Below are positions 1-9,597 of a DNA stretch of 64,000 nucleotides, piece after piece. Under the pieces are notes generated by a model that saw only the letters and a program-made list of their open reading frames with translations, searched no databases and was not told where the DNA came from. The position numbers were made by a program, and so were the translations under genes. Location of the stretch: positions 1,280,001 through 1,344,000 of the forward strand of contig CAVZZO010000003.1 in assembly GCA_963779755.1 (NCBI GenBank), in the 5' to 3' direction. Position 1 is the first letter of the stretch. Every line of letters starts with the position of its first letter. The DNA comes from an uncultured Gemmatimonadales bacterium (GTDB lineage: Bacteria; Gemmatimonadota; Gemmatimonadetes; Gemmatimonadales; GWC2-71-9).

Positions 1-425
1 ACCAGAGGGAAGAGCAGAACCACCAGCGCCGCCCGCTTGCCCTGCTGCATGCCCTGGGGCACCGCCAGCACGGCCGCGGGGATCGAGATGAGGTTCCAGA
101 AGAGCGCGAAGATCCAGGCCATCGCCATCCCGCCGCGGCTGGCATCCTGGATCCGGCCTGCGGCCCAGTCTTCCCGCCACATCCAGGGCTCTTCCGGCTG
201 CCGGGCCTCTACGGCAGCCTGGCGGGCCTGAGCCCGCCGGCCCCGCACCGCGGCCGCCAGCAACCCGAACCCCGCTCCACCGAAGGTCAGCGCGAAGATG
301 GAGAAAAACCCCGCTTCGCTCCACTGCCCGTGCAGCGCGAACCAGATGGCGCCGGCAGCCGTTCCCACCCCTACGGCGCAGAATGGCAGGAGAAACAGTA
401 CTGTGCAGCCGAAGCCGGCGTTCAG
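1..425 (-). CDS. Putative multi-pass membrane protein, running off the window edge (3' part missing)
   Basis: Not in the ORF track; translated by hand: [19 protein letters not shown]...[16 protein letters not shown]...[12 protein letters not shown], open to position 1. Start uncertain: CTG at 425 (after GGAGG, overlapping the sseA stop) or in-frame ATG at 479. Confidence 0.75.
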   Translation of the reverse strand, partial: MNAGFGCTVLFLLPFCAVGVGTAAGAIWFALHGQWSEAGFFSIFALTFGGAGFGLLAAAVRGRRAQARQAAVEARQPEEPWMWREDWAAGRIQDASRGGMAMAWIFALFWNLISIPAAVLAVPQGMQQGKRAALVVLLFPL

Positions 426-1285
426 TGATCCTCCCGCGCTGGTCCGGTCTCCACCGGAGTGTCGGGCCGGGCTCCCCATTCCGCCCAGGAGCCGTCGTAC
501 AGCTGCGCCGGGGGGAGGCCGAGGGTCTCCAGGGCGAGCAGGAGCGCACAGGCCGAGGTGCCCGACCCGCACAGGGCAATCATCGGCCGGCGCGCGTCCA
601 GCCCCCTGTCCGCCAGTAGTGCCCGCAGCTCGTCGGCTGACCGCAAGGTGCCGTGGGGAGAAACCAGGTCCGGGTAGGGCAGATTCCGGCTGCCGGGAAC
701 GTGGCCTCCTCGCACACCTTCCCGTGGCTCCGGTTCGGTGCCCGCAAAGCGTCCGGCACTCCGCAGGTCGACGATCTGCGTATCTCGGGTCTGCGCCGCC
801 CGCAGGACAGCGGCCAGGTCGGCAACGCGGCCCGGCTCCGGTCGGGCCGTGAAATCACCCCGGGGAGGAGCGATTTGCTCCGCCTGGACCGGGCGCCCTT
901 CCCGTCGCCACCGGCCAAACCCGCCGTCGAGCACCGCCACGGCCGGATGGCCAAAGACCCGGAACATCCACCAGACCCGCGCGGCGCTCAGATTGGTCCC
1001 CGAGCCATCGTAAACCACGATGCGGCTTGCGGCCCCTATGCCGAGGCTGCGGGCGGCGTCAGTAAACCGGTCGGGCCGGGGCAGCATGTGCGGCCGCGGA
1101 TCGGGAGCACTGACGGCGTCGAGATCGACGAAGACGGCTCCAGGAATATGGGCGGCCGCATACTCGGCCCGGGGATCGCGGCCGCTCGCGGGCAGGTACC
1201 AGGAAGCGTCCAGGACGACCAGGTCGGGCTCGCCCAGCCGGGCCTCCAGCCAGGCGGGCGAGACCAGCGGCGGCAACGTCGGCAC
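422..1285 (-). CDS. sseA: 3-mercaptopyruvate/thiosulfate sulfurtransferase (tandem rhodanese)
   Basis: [32 protein letters not shown], active-site [17 protein letters not shown]. Confidence 0.92.
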   Translation of the reverse strand: MPTLPPLVSPAWLEARLGEPDLVVLDASWYLPASGRDPRAEYAAAHIPGAVFVDLDAVSAPDPRPHMLPRPDRFTDAARSLGIGAASRIVVYDGSGTNLSAARVWWMFRVFGHPAVAVLDGGFGRWRREGRPVQAEQIAPPRGDFTARPEPGRVADLAAVLRAAQTRDTQIVDLRSAGRFAGTEPEPREGVRGGHVPGSRNLPYPDLVSPHGTLRSADELRALLADRGLDARRPMIALCGSGTSACALLLALETLGLPPAQLYDGSWAEWGARPDTPVETGPAREDH

Positions 1286-1475
1286 AGCGTCCAGAATCCC
1301 TCCAGGAAGAGGCGATTACCGGCGGGAAAAGGTGACCAGCCAATGTAAACGTCCTCTGGGAGTGCGGAAGAAGCGCAGATAGCTGCGCGATGAGTTATGT
1401 CAAGACGGTTTCCAGAATGAAATTGATGTGTAGTTTTAGAGTCCCCCCAACGCACCACCTTTGGAGATGCCGGCC

Positions 1476-2801
1476 ATGCCGATGTACCGGATCCGGCGGG
1501 CAGACGGCGGCGAGCTGGTCTGCCGGTCCTTCGACGAATTCCACCGGGCCGTCCATACCGGTCGGATCGACGAGGACGCAGAGGTGCTGCACGATCGTTC
1601 CGGCCGCTGGATGTCGGTACGCCTGCACCCCCATTTCAGCCGGGCACGTCACACCCCGCTGCCCAGCCGGCCGGCTCCACGCAAGGCTGCCGCTCCGGCT
1701 CCCGGCGCGCCGAGGCCCCGCACGCCGAAACCGGCGAGGCCGGCTCCGCCCCCGCCGCTGCCCGACCTCGAGTTCGAACTACTCGAGATCGAGCCGGAGC
1801 CGCCGCCATGCCCGCCAGCACCCAGGGAGCAACCGGTCGCTGCTCCATCTCCCCGCTCCGTGGTGGTTCCGCCGCCCCCGACGGAGAGCCCGGCCATGGT
1901 CAGGCCGGCGGGCGCGGCCCCACCGGCGCCGCCGGTCGAGGCCCGGGAACCGCCGGGGAGAGCGGCGGACACGCCGCGCGTCCGGGCTGCCCGCGCCATG
2001 AATTCCGCCCGGCGCCGCGGGCGGAAGCAGCCGCCGCCGGTCAATTTCCGCTGGGTGCTCCCGCTCCTCGGGGCCGGCCTGCTCGCCGCCTGGCTGCTGC
2101 AGTCGCCCGAACCCCTGCTCTTCCACGGCAGCGAGGCGGCGCGCGGGTCGGCGCCCGGGGTGTTTCACCACCATCGCCCGTCCGCACCCGGCCGCCGGCC
2201 GGCGCCGGAGGCCTCGGTAGCGTTCGGCGAGCGGTCTTCCCTTGCCAGCCTGACGCAGCGATATCAGGATGCCTATGGCGGGGCGCAGCGCGAGGTTTCC
2301 GATGCGCTCGGGCTGGTGGATTTCCCCGGACTGTTCTCCCCCGGCCGCCTCGCCCCCGCGCGGTTGCGGGCGACCCGGCGCGCACTCACGGAGGCGGCCA
2401 ACATCCTCAGGGACTACCGTAACCGGCAGATCCGGATCGAGCAGACCTATGCCGCCACCGCCCTGGGGCTCACCCGCGCCGGGGCGTGGCCGGCCGGGCA
2501 GGATCGGGAGTGGCGCCACCATCCGGTCCTGCGCGAATCCTTCGAAACGGGGCAGCGGATGGACGATCTGCTGAACGGCGCGGACAGCCTGCTGGCCTTT
2601 CTGGCCGGGCAGGCGGGCGGCTATCGTGTCGAGGCGGCGCGGCTGGTCTTTGCCGACCCGGCCGCCGCGCGCCGCTACCGCACCCAGCGCGCGAGCCTGA
2701 TCCAGGAGGCCGGGGCCGGGGGCGGCGATCGCGCGCCCTTCAGCCTGCGGGTCCTGGCCGCGGGGCTGCGCGACCCGCTGCCGCCAGAGGGCATGCCCTG
2801 A
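1476..2801 (+). CDS. Uncharacterised bitopic protein: short N-terminal domain, Pro-rich linker, one TM helix, helical C-terminal domain (paralog of 10646..12580)
   Basis: MYRIRRADG...RWMSVRLHPHF N-terminus; TM WVLPLLGAGLLAAWLL; GGAG SD at 1463; start could be 1467, 1476 or 1482. Confidence 0.75.
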   Translation: MPMYRIRRADGGELVCRSFDEFHRAVHTGRIDEDAEVLHDRSGRWMSVRLHPHFSRARHTPLPSRPAPRKAAAPAPGAPRPRTPKPARPAPPPPLPDLEFELLEIEPEPPPCPPAPREQPVAAPSPRSVVVPPPPTESPAMVRPAGAAPPAPPVEAREPPGRAADTPRVRAARAMNSARRRGRKQPPPVNFRWVLPLLGAGLLAAWLLQSPEPLLFHGSEAARGSAPGVFHHHRPSAPGRRPAPEASVAFGERSSLASLTQRYQDAYGGAQREVSDALGLVDFPGLFSPGRLAPARLRATRRALTEAANILRDYRNRQIRIEQTYAATALGLTRAGAWPAGQDREWRHHPVLRESFETGQRMDDLLNGADSLLAFLAGQAGGYRVEAARLVFADPAAARRYRTQRASLIQEAGAGGGDRAPFSLRVLAAGLRDPLPPEGMP

Positions 2802-3790
2802 TGCAGGCGATGGTGCTCGAAGCTCCGGGCACCCCGCTGCGACAGCTCGAACGGCCGAAGCCCGCGGCCGCCCCGGGCCAGGTGGTGCTGCGCGTGCTGG
2901 CCTGTGGCGTCTGCCGCACCGACCTGCACGTGGTGGACGGCGAACTTCCCCATCCCGCCCTGCCGCTCATTCCCGGCCATGAGATCGTCGGTCGGGTCGA
3001 AGCCTGCGGGCCCGGCGTCGACCAGCTCGAGCCCGGCCAGCTGGTCGGCGTGCCCTGGCTGGGGTGGACCTGCGGCGTCTGCGAGTACTGCCGCTCGGGT
3101 CGGGAGAATCTCTGCCGCCGGGCCCGCTTTACCGGATATCAGATCGACGGCGGCTATGCCGAATACACCGCGGCAGACGCGCGCTACTGCTTCCCGATAC
3201 CGCAAGGGTACGATCCCGTCACGGCGGCTCCGCTGCTCTGCGCCGGAATGATCGGCCATCGTTCGCTGCGAGCGGCGGGTGACGCGAACCGGCTCGGCCT
3301 CTATGGTTTCGGAGCGGCGGCACACATCGTCGCCCAGGTGGCCCGCCACCAAGGGCGGCGGGTCTTTGCCTTTACCCGCGCGGGCGATCACGAGGCCCAG
3401 GCATTCGCGCGCTCGCTGGGCGCCGAGTGGGCGGGCCCGTCCGACGGGCTCCCGCCGGAGCCGCTGGATGCCGCGATCATCTTCGCGCCGGTGGGCGCGC
3501 TGGTACCCGCCGCCCTGCGCGCCATCCGCCCTGGCGGCACGCTCGTCTGCGCCGGAATCCACATGTCCGACATTCCGTCCTTTCCCTACCGCATTCTCTG
3601 GGAAGAGCGGGTCATTCGCTCCGTCGCCAACCTGACGCGGGCGGACGGCCGCGAGTTCCTCCGGCTGGCTCCGCAGGTACCGGTGCGGACGGAAACCGTC
3701 ACCTTCCCGCTGGCGCAGGCCAACCAGGCGCTGGCGCGGTTGCGCGAGGGGCGGCTGCGCGGCGCCGCGGTGCTGATCCCGCCGGGATGA
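2801..3790 (+). CDS. Zinc-dependent alcohol dehydrogenase (AdhP-like)
   Basis: CGVCRTDLH, GHEIVG, structural Zn CGVCEYC..C, GLYGFGAAA; ATG overlaps the upstream stop (TGATG). Confidence 0.93.
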   Translation: MQAMVLEAPGTPLRQLERPKPAAAPGQVVLRVLACGVCRTDLHVVDGELPHPALPLIPGHEIVGRVEACGPGVDQLEPGQLVGVPWLGWTCGVCEYCRSGRENLCRRARFTGYQIDGGYAEYTAADARYCFPIPQGYDPVTAAPLLCAGMIGHRSLRAAGDANRLGLYGFGAAAHIVAQVARHQGRRVFAFTRAGDHEAQAFARSLGAEWAGPSDGLPPEPLDAAIIFAPVGALVPAALRAIRPGGTLVCAGIHMSDIPSFPYRILWEERVIRSVANLTRADGREFLRLAPQVPVRTETVTFPLAQANQALARLREGRLRGAAVLIPPG

Positions 3791-4818
3791 TTGTGAGCCA
3801 GGTCATGGCCATCCGCGGCCCCTGGCAGCCACCCATGGGCATGCGGGCGAAGACGTTCTGGGAACTGATCAAGACAACGCTGGCAGGATACGACAGCGAT
3901 GACATTCCGCGGCACGGGGCGGCGTTGTCGTTCTACACGCTGTTTTCCATCGCACCGCTGCTGATGATCGTGATCGCCATTGCCGGCGCCCTCTTCGGCG
4001 AGCAGGCGGCCCAGGGGCGTATCGTCACGGAGATCCACAACCTGGTGGGTGACGGCGGCGCACGGGCGGTCCAGTCCATTCTGGCCAACGCCTCGGTTTC
4101 GACGCGGAGCATCCCCGCCGCCATCATCGGGATCGTCACCTTCTTCATGGGCGCAACCGCGGCGTTCACCGCGTTGCAGGGAGCGCTCAACGCGGTGTGG
4201 AACGTTCGGCCCCATCCCAAGAGCCCGGTGCGGAGCTTTCTCAAGAACCGGCTGCTGTCCTTCGGGATGGTGCTGGGGATCGGCTTCCTGCTGCTGGTGA
4301 GCCTGCTGATCAGCGCCGCCATCAACGCCTTGTCCGGCTATCTGGGCGACGCCTTCCCGGGGGCGCCGCTCCTGTGGCAGGGAGTGAACTCCCTCCTCTC
4401 GTTCGTGGTCACAACCACGCTGTTCGCGATGATCTTCATCGTGCTGCCGGACGTGGTGCTCAAGTGGCGGGATGTCTGGCGGGGCGCCGCGATTACGGCC
4501 CTCTTCTTTACCATCGGAAAATTTCTGATCGGGCTCTATCTGGGCCGCAGTTCGATCGCCTCCAGCTACGGCGCCGCCGGCTCGCTGGTGGTCATCCTGT
4601 TCTGGGTCTATTACTCCTCGCAGATCATGCTGCTGGGCGCGGAGTTCACCCAGGCCTATGTGAACCGCTTCGGGGCCCGTATCCGTCCGGCCCCCTACGC
4701 CGTCCTGCTGGAGACCGGCCCCAGCGATCCGATGCCGGACCCGCCCGAGCCGGGACACGATGGGGCCGGGGCGGGCGCCGACCAGCCGGAAGCACACCCC
4801 CGGACCCGCCCAGTCTGA
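3787..4818 (+). CDS. YihY/virulence factor BrkB family membrane protein
   Basis: GAALSFYTLFSIAPLL, LQGALNAVW, YGAAGSLVVILFWVYYSSQIMLLGAEF; start may be 3787 or 3835. Confidence 0.9.
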   Translation: MIVSQVMAIRGPWQPPMGMRAKTFWELIKTTLAGYDSDDIPRHGAALSFYTLFSIAPLLMIVIAIAGALFGEQAAQGRIVTEIHNLVGDGGARAVQSILANASVSTRSIPAAIIGIVTFFMGATAAFTALQGALNAVWNVRPHPKSPVRSFLKNRLLSFGMVLGIGFLLLVSLLISAAINALSGYLGDAFPGAPLLWQGVNSLLSFVVTTTLFAMIFIVLPDVVLKWRDVWRGAAITALFFTIGKFLIGLYLGRSSIASSYGAAGSLVVILFWVYYSSQIMLLGAEFTQAYVNRFGARIRPAPYAVLLETGPSDPMPDPPEPGHDGAGAGADQPEAHPRTRPV

Positions 4819-4864
4819 ACCCCGGGTGAATGCGGTCCGACCGGGGGCCGCTATGTTCCCCTGC

Positions 4865-5281
4865 ATGTCCGCGCCACCCGGCCATCCCGGCCCATCCCGG
4901 CCGCAACCCATGCGGCTCTTCCCCCGTGCCGGGCGGCTCTTCTGGCGCGCCGCCCGGCTGCGCTGTCCCGTCTGTGGCAGCGGCGGCCTCTTCGCCTCGT
5001 GGTTCCGCATGCGCCAGCACTGCCCCCGCTGCGGCCTGCCCCTGCATCGGTCGGAGCCCGGCTACCAGGTGGGCTCCTACATGTTCAACATCATTGCGGC
5101 CGAGCTGATCTTCGTGGCGCTGTTCGTGGGGGCGCTGCTGGCGACCTGGCCCTCCCCGCCCTGGCGGTGGCTGCAGTACGGCGGTGCGGCGCTGATGGTC
5201 GCGGCCCCGGCCGTGTTCTATCCCTACCGCAAGACGCTGTTTCTCGCCTTCGACCTGCTCTTCCGCCCCGAGCACCAGTAG
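4865..5281 (+). CDS. DUF983-like Zn-ribbon membrane protein
   Basis: RCPVCGSGGLF...CPRCGL followed by two TM helices; TATGTT 7 nt before ATG 4865. Confidence 0.8.
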   Translation: MSAPPGHPGPSRPQPMRLFPRAGRLFWRAARLRCPVCGSGGLFASWFRMRQHCPRCGLPLHRSEPGYQVGSYMFNIIAAELIFVALFVGALLATWPSPPWRWLQYGGAALMVAAPAVFYPYRKTLFLAFDLLFRPEHQ

Positions 5282-5346
5282 CAGGCACCTCAGGTCGCAT
5301 TCATGCCCCGGGGCTGCTCGAGAGCCTCCTGAACGGATTGGCACAG

Positions 5347-5382
5347 GCCGGAGCCCCGGGGGACCGTCCCCGGGGCTCCGGT
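5347..5382. terminator. Strong GC hairpin between convergent genes (probable bidirectional terminator)
   Basis: GCCGGAGCCCCGGGG-gaccgt-CCCCGGGGCTCCGGT. Confidence 0.6.
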
Positions 5383-5404
5383 GTGCGCTTCCGCGCGATC
5401 CCGT

Positions 5405-5863
5405 CTACTTGATCAGGATCTTGCTGGAGGGTTCGGGTTTGTCCTTGGGCAGATGCACCACCAGGATGCCGTCCTGATAGGAAGCTTCGATCTTGCCCGG
5501 GATCACCGGGGTCGGAAGCCGCACGCTGCGGACGAACCGGCCGAGCTCGCGTTCCCGCCAGAGATAGGTTTCGCCTTCCTTCTCTTTCAGCATGTCCCGC
5601 TTACCGGTGATGGTCAGGATATCACCGGTGTAGTTGAGATCGAGGTTCTCCTTGTGGATGCCCGGCGCCTCGAGGCGCACGACATACTCCTTGTCGTTCT
5701 CGCTCAGATCGAATGCCGGGACCCATTCCGTCATGGGCGTAGCGGCTTCGAACGGTGAGAACATCGGTTCATTGAAGAATGGGGTGCTGAAGAACCGATC
5801 GAAAGCCCGATCGATATCCTCTTTCACCCGGCCCAGTGCGGGGGCGGCCTTGACGAGTTTCAT
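5405..5863 (-). CDS. Hsp20/alpha-crystallin small heat-shock protein
   Basis: WVPAFDLSE, EAPGI, ERELGRFVRSVRLP, ASYQDGILVVHLPK; GGAGG SD before ATG 5863. Confidence 0.93.
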   Translation of the reverse strand: MKLVKAAPALGRVKEDIDRAFDRFFSTPFFNEPMFSPFEAATPMTEWVPAFDLSENDKEYVVRLEAPGIHKENLDLNYTGDILTITGKRDMLKEKEGETYLWRERELGRFVRSVRLPTPVIPGKIEASYQDGILVVHLPKDKPEPSSKILIK

Positions 5864-6035
5864 ACCCACCTCCTGTGAGAGCGTACTCCGCCAGCACCAC
5901 TACTGTAACAGCGAGGGCGTGAACCGGGGTTGAAGGCGCCGTGAAACCCGGCGCCATCCGCCCGCATGTCTGACCCGCCGCCCAGATACCGTTATGTTGT
6001 GTAGGGATATTGACGACGCATAGCGAGGAGGCTCC

Positions 6036-6332
6036 ATGGCAACCAAGAGACAGAAAGTCGCAAAGAAGGCAAAGAAGGTCGCCCGGAAGACGGCGACGAA
6101 GGCAGCCCGGAAGACGGGCAAGACGGCGCGCACGATAGCCCGGAAGGCGGGCAAGGCCATCGGCACCGCCCGGAAGAAGCTGGAACAGGCGGCGGCGCGG
6201 CGGCGGCGGAAGCAGAAACTGCAGAAAGCCGGCAAGGCGCTGAAGAAGGCGGGCAAGGCCGCCGCAGTGGCCGGCGCGGCGGCCGCCGCGGTGGTGGCCG
6301 CGCGCCAGGTTGCCAGGAAGCGGCGCGGCTAG
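6036..6332 (+). CDS. Lys/Ala/Arg-rich histone H1-like basic protein with a hydrophobic C-terminal stretch
   Basis: KVAKKAKKVARKTATKAARK repeats; GAGGAGG SD. Confidence 0.7.
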   Translation: MATKRQKVAKKAKKVARKTATKAARKTGKTARTIARKAGKAIGTARKKLEQAAARRRRKQKLQKAGKALKKAGKAAAVAGAAAAAVVAARQVARKRRG

Positions 6333-6338
6333 CGGGAC

Positions 6339-7415
6339 ATGCAGTTCCTGGACTATCCATTTTACGGCAACACGCTGCGGGCCTGGGCCATCGCGCTGGC
6401 GGTGGGCCTGGGCACGCTGCTGGTCCTCCGGCTCATTCTGCAGATCCTGCGCAACCGGATCGGCGCCTGGTCCAAACGCACCGCGACCCGGTACGACGAC
6501 CTGGTCGCCTATGTGCTGAGCCGGACCCGGATCTTCTTCCTGCTGATGCTGGGGCTCGACGCCGGCTCCTTCTTTCTCCACCTGGCGGCGCGCGACCGCA
6601 AACTCATCGGCACCGTCAGCGCCCTGGCGTTCATTCTCCAGGGTGGGCTGTGGGCCTCCGCGGCCCTCGCCTTTCTGGTTTCGGACTACCGCCGCCGCAA
6701 GCTGGAGGAAGACCGCGCAACCGTCACCATGGTGGGCGCGATCAACTTTCTGCTGCAGCTGGTGCTCTGGTCGGCCGTGCTGCTCATCGCGCTGCAGAAC
6801 ATGGGGATCGAAGTCACCACCCTCATTACCGGCCTGGGCGTGGGCGGCGTGGCGGTGGCCCTGGCGGTGCAGAACATCCTGGGCGATCTCTTCGCCTCGC
6901 TCGCCATTGTGCTGGACAAGCCCTTCGTCATCGGCGATTTCATCATCGTCGACGATTGCCTGGGATCGGTGGAACGGGTCGGCCTCAAGACCACCCGGGT
7001 GCGCAGCCTGGGCGGCGAGCAGATCATCTTCTCCAACGCCGACCTGCTGAAGAGCCGCATCCGGAATTACGGCCGGATGATGGAGCGGCGCGTGGTGTTC
7101 GCCCTCGGCGTCACCTACCAGACGCCCCGGGAGAAGCTCAAGATCATCCCGGGCATCATCCGCGAGGCCATCGAGGCACAGGACAAGACCCGGTTCGACC
7201 GCTCACATTTCCTCAAGTACGGCGACTTCTCGCTGGATTTCGAGTCGGTGTACTACGTGCTGAGCCCGGACTACAACGTGTACATGGACCGGCAGCAGGC
7301 CATCAACCTGCACATTCACGAGCGGTTCGAGGCCGAAGGCATCGAGTTCGCCTATCCGACCCAGACGCTCTATCTCATGCAGGAAGACCGGGAGGCGGCG
7401 CCCGCCGCGCCCTGA
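6339..7415 (+). CDS. MscS family mechanosensitive channel
   Basis: LGVGGVAVALAVQNILGDLFAS, DKPFVIGDFI, VGLKTTRVRSLGGE, GIEFAYPT. Confidence 0.93.
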   Translation: MQFLDYPFYGNTLRAWAIALAVGLGTLLVLRLILQILRNRIGAWSKRTATRYDDLVAYVLSRTRIFFLLMLGLDAGSFFLHLAARDRKLIGTVSALAFILQGGLWASAALAFLVSDYRRRKLEEDRATVTMVGAINFLLQLVLWSAVLLIALQNMGIEVTTLITGLGVGGVAVALAVQNILGDLFASLAIVLDKPFVIGDFIIVDDCLGSVERVGLKTTRVRSLGGEQIIFSNADLLKSRIRNYGRMMERRVVFALGVTYQTPREKLKIIPGIIREAIEAQDKTRFDRSHFLKYGDFSLDFESVYYVLSPDYNVYMDRQQAINLHIHERFEAEGIEFAYPTQTLYLMQEDREAAPAAP

Positions 7416-7430
7416 TCGCTCCAGCCGACC

Positions 7431-8156
7431 ATGACACCGGAGGGGGCCGGCGGGGCTGCCGCCCGCTGGTTCGAGGCGGCCGCGCGCCGGCTCCACAGCA
7501 CCGCCACGGCCGCCGGCCTGCTGCTGCTGACGGCGTTTCTGCTCACGCTGGCCGGGCTGCTGCTGTTCGGCTGGATCGCTGTGGAGGTCCACAGCCACCG
7601 CGCGGACCCGCTGGACGTTCGCATCCTGGTGGCGGCCCAGGCCGCCCGCCGCCCCGCGCTCACGCTGGCGATGCGGGGTGCCTCCCTGGTCGGCTCCGGG
7701 ACTATCGCCATCCCCGCCGCCCTGGCCCTCATGGGGTGGCTGTTCTACCGCCGGCGCCGCCGGGCCGCCCTGCTCTACCTCGGCGCGTGCCTCACCGGCT
7801 GGGCGCTGAACGGCATCACCAAGGAACTCTTCCGGCGCGCCCGGCCTGCCATGGTGACTCATATCGGTCCCGCCGGCTGGTACTCCTTCCCTTCCGGACA
7901 CGCCATGCTGGCGCCGCTGGTGTTCGGCCTGGGAGCGCTGCTGCTGCTGCGGCGCTCGTCCCCCGCCCGGCGAGTCGCCGCTCTGGTGGTAGTCTCCGCG
8001 CTCATCCTGCTCATCGCCTGCTCCCGGGTGTATCTGGGCGCCCACTATCCCAGCGACGTGCTGGCGGCGCTGGCCGCGGGGACCGGGTGGGGAGCGCTCT
8101 GGGTGCTGGTGGCCGAGGGAGTGGGCAGGGCGGGCAGAACGGGCGAAGTGGACTGA
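7431..8156 (+). CDS. PAP2 family membrane phosphatase
   Basis: K..FRRARP, SFPSGHA, SRVYLGAHYPSDV motifs. Confidence 0.92.
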   Translation: MTPEGAGGAAARWFEAAARRLHSTATAAGLLLLTAFLLTLAGLLLFGWIAVEVHSHRADPLDVRILVAAQAARRPALTLAMRGASLVGSGTIAIPAALALMGWLFYRRRRRAALLYLGACLTGWALNGITKELFRRARPAMVTHIGPAGWYSFPSGHAMLAPLVFGLGALLLLRRSSPARRVAALVVVSALILLIACSRVYLGAHYPSDVLAALAAGTGWGALWVLVAEGVGRAGRTGEVD

Positions 8157-8307
8157 ACGCCGAGAACCAGGACACTGACCGTGCGTCCCGTGCGATCCTG
8201 CCCTGTGACACGCGCCACCTCGAACCCCGCGCTCATGCCCTATCCTGTCCGACGCGGTCGCGCCGGTCGCGTCGTTCATTCAGGATGACGGAAGGAGTGT
8301 ACCACAT

Positions 8308-8865
8308 ATGGCTGACCTGAAAGATTTCCGCGTCGCTATTCTGGCGACGGATGGCTTCGAGGAATCCGAGCTGACCGAGCCGATGCAGGCGTTGCGGAAT
8401 GCCGGCGCCCGGGTGGATGTCGTCGCGCCGAAGCAGGGCCGGATCCAGGCCTTCCGGCACCACGACAAGAGCATCACGGTGCCGGTGGACCGCACCCTGG
8501 AGGAGGCACACGCCGACGAATACGACGCCATCATGCTGCCCGGCGGCGCGCTCAATGCCGATGCCCTGCGGGTAAACCAGAGGGCGCTGGCATTCATCCG
8601 GGAGACCGACAGCGTCGGCAAGCCGGTGGCGGCGATCTGCCATGCGCCCTGGGAACTGGTATCAGCCGGGCTCGCCGGCAACCGGACCCTGACCAGCTAC
8701 TTCACCATCCAGGACGACCTGCGCAATGCCGGGGCCAACTGGAAGGACCAGGAAGTGGTCAACGACCGGAACTGGGTCACCAGCCGCCAGCCGGACGACC
8801 TGCCCGCCTTCAACCGGGAGATGATCCGGGTGTTCGGCGAGAGCCGCAAGGAAGCCCATAAGTAA
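8308..8865 (+). CDS. PfpI/DJ-1 family (YhbO-like) protein
   Basis: DGFEESEL, LPGGALNAD, AAICHAPW, VTSRQPDDLPAF. Confidence 0.93.
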   Translation: MADLKDFRVAILATDGFEESELTEPMQALRNAGARVDVVAPKQGRIQAFRHHDKSITVPVDRTLEEAHADEYDAIMLPGGALNADALRVNQRALAFIRETDSVGKPVAAICHAPWELVSAGLAGNRTLTSYFTIQDDLRNAGANWKDQEVVNDRNWVTSRQPDDLPAFNREMIRVFGESRKEAHK

Positions 8866-8885
8866 CAGGAAGGGGCCAGGCATAA

Positions 8886-8925
8886 GGGACAGGGGACGGG
8901 AAGTACGTCCCCGTCCCCTGTCCCC
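8886..8925. terminator. Heptamer-built inverted repeat between convergent genes
   Basis: GGGACAGGGGACGGG-aagtacgt-CCCCGTCCCCTGTCCC. Confidence 0.55.
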
Positions 8926-8942
8926 CTCGGATGTGGCTTCCG

Positions 8943-9239
8943 CTATTCCTTTTGGCGGATAGCCTGCACCAGCTCGTCCTTGTTCATCTTGCTGCGGCCG
9001 TGGATGTTCAGCTCCGCGGCCCGATTCTGCAGTTCATCCACGCTGCGGTCCTCCAGCGAATGGCTGGGGTTGCCGGTTCCTTCGGAGCTCTTGTTGGGCG
9101 TGCGGCCTTCCTCCCGGCGGTGCTTGTTTACCGTCCGCGCCGCGATTTCCTCGGCACGACCCTCCTTCACGCCCCGGTCCTCCGAGCTGTCCTTGATGTG
9201 CTCGTACATCCGCTCATCCTTCTTGCTCCATGATGGCAT
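8943..9239 (-). CDS. Small stress-associated protein with a C-terminal Rho-N-like domain
   Basis: WSKKDERMYEHIKDS, AEEIAARTVNK, ELQNRAAELNIHGRSKMNKDEL. Confidence 0.8.
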   Translation of the reverse strand: MPSWSKKDERMYEHIKDSSEDRGVKEGRAEEIAARTVNKHRREEGRTPNKSSEGTGNPSHSLEDRSVDELQNRAAELNIHGRSKMNKDELVQAIRQKE

Positions 9240-9254
9240 AGGTACCTCCGCAAA

Positions 9255-9460
9255 TCACGTGGTTTCGGTATCGTGGTCTTCCCCCTGCGCCTCATCCCGG
9301 TCCCGGCCCATTTTCGCCGCAAGGTCCTCGCGGCCTGGCGGCGCCGCGGCCTCCGACTGCGCCAATCGGCGTTTCTGCCGCCGGGTCAGGGTTTCGTCGC
9401 CCGGCTGCGCGAGCCGCACACCTTGTAGAAATCCTGGTTGTAGTTGCGTCGTTGACTCAT
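9255..9460 (-). pseudogene. Small ORF apparently split by a one-base frameshift
   Basis: AGGAG SD and ATG 9460 give MSQRRNYNQDFYKVCG, then a stop near 9386; the shifted frame continues LAQPGDETLTRRQKRRLAQSE...DTETT* to 9255 with host-like codons. Confidence 0.45.
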
Positions 9461-9515
9461 GGCATCTCCTTCAACCTCTGAGTGCCTAACCTAGCTACCG
9501 CTCAGGGCTTAGCGG

Positions 9516-9531
9516 TGTGATGCCCGGCACA
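9516..9531. promoter_or_regulatory. CRP/FNR-family-like box
   Basis: TGTGA-TGCCCG-GCACA (9/10 match to TGTGA-N6-TCACA), between divergent genes. Confidence 0.5.
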
Positions 9532-9597
9532 CGGCGGCGTTGACAGCGCCAGCGCCCGGCGACAGCTTAGCCCAACTCCTCACTCAGGCGGCACGCC

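Noticed and set aside
423..479. CTG start codon for the first gene
   Set aside because: An in-frame ATG at 479 is an alternative, so non-canonical initiation cannot be claimed
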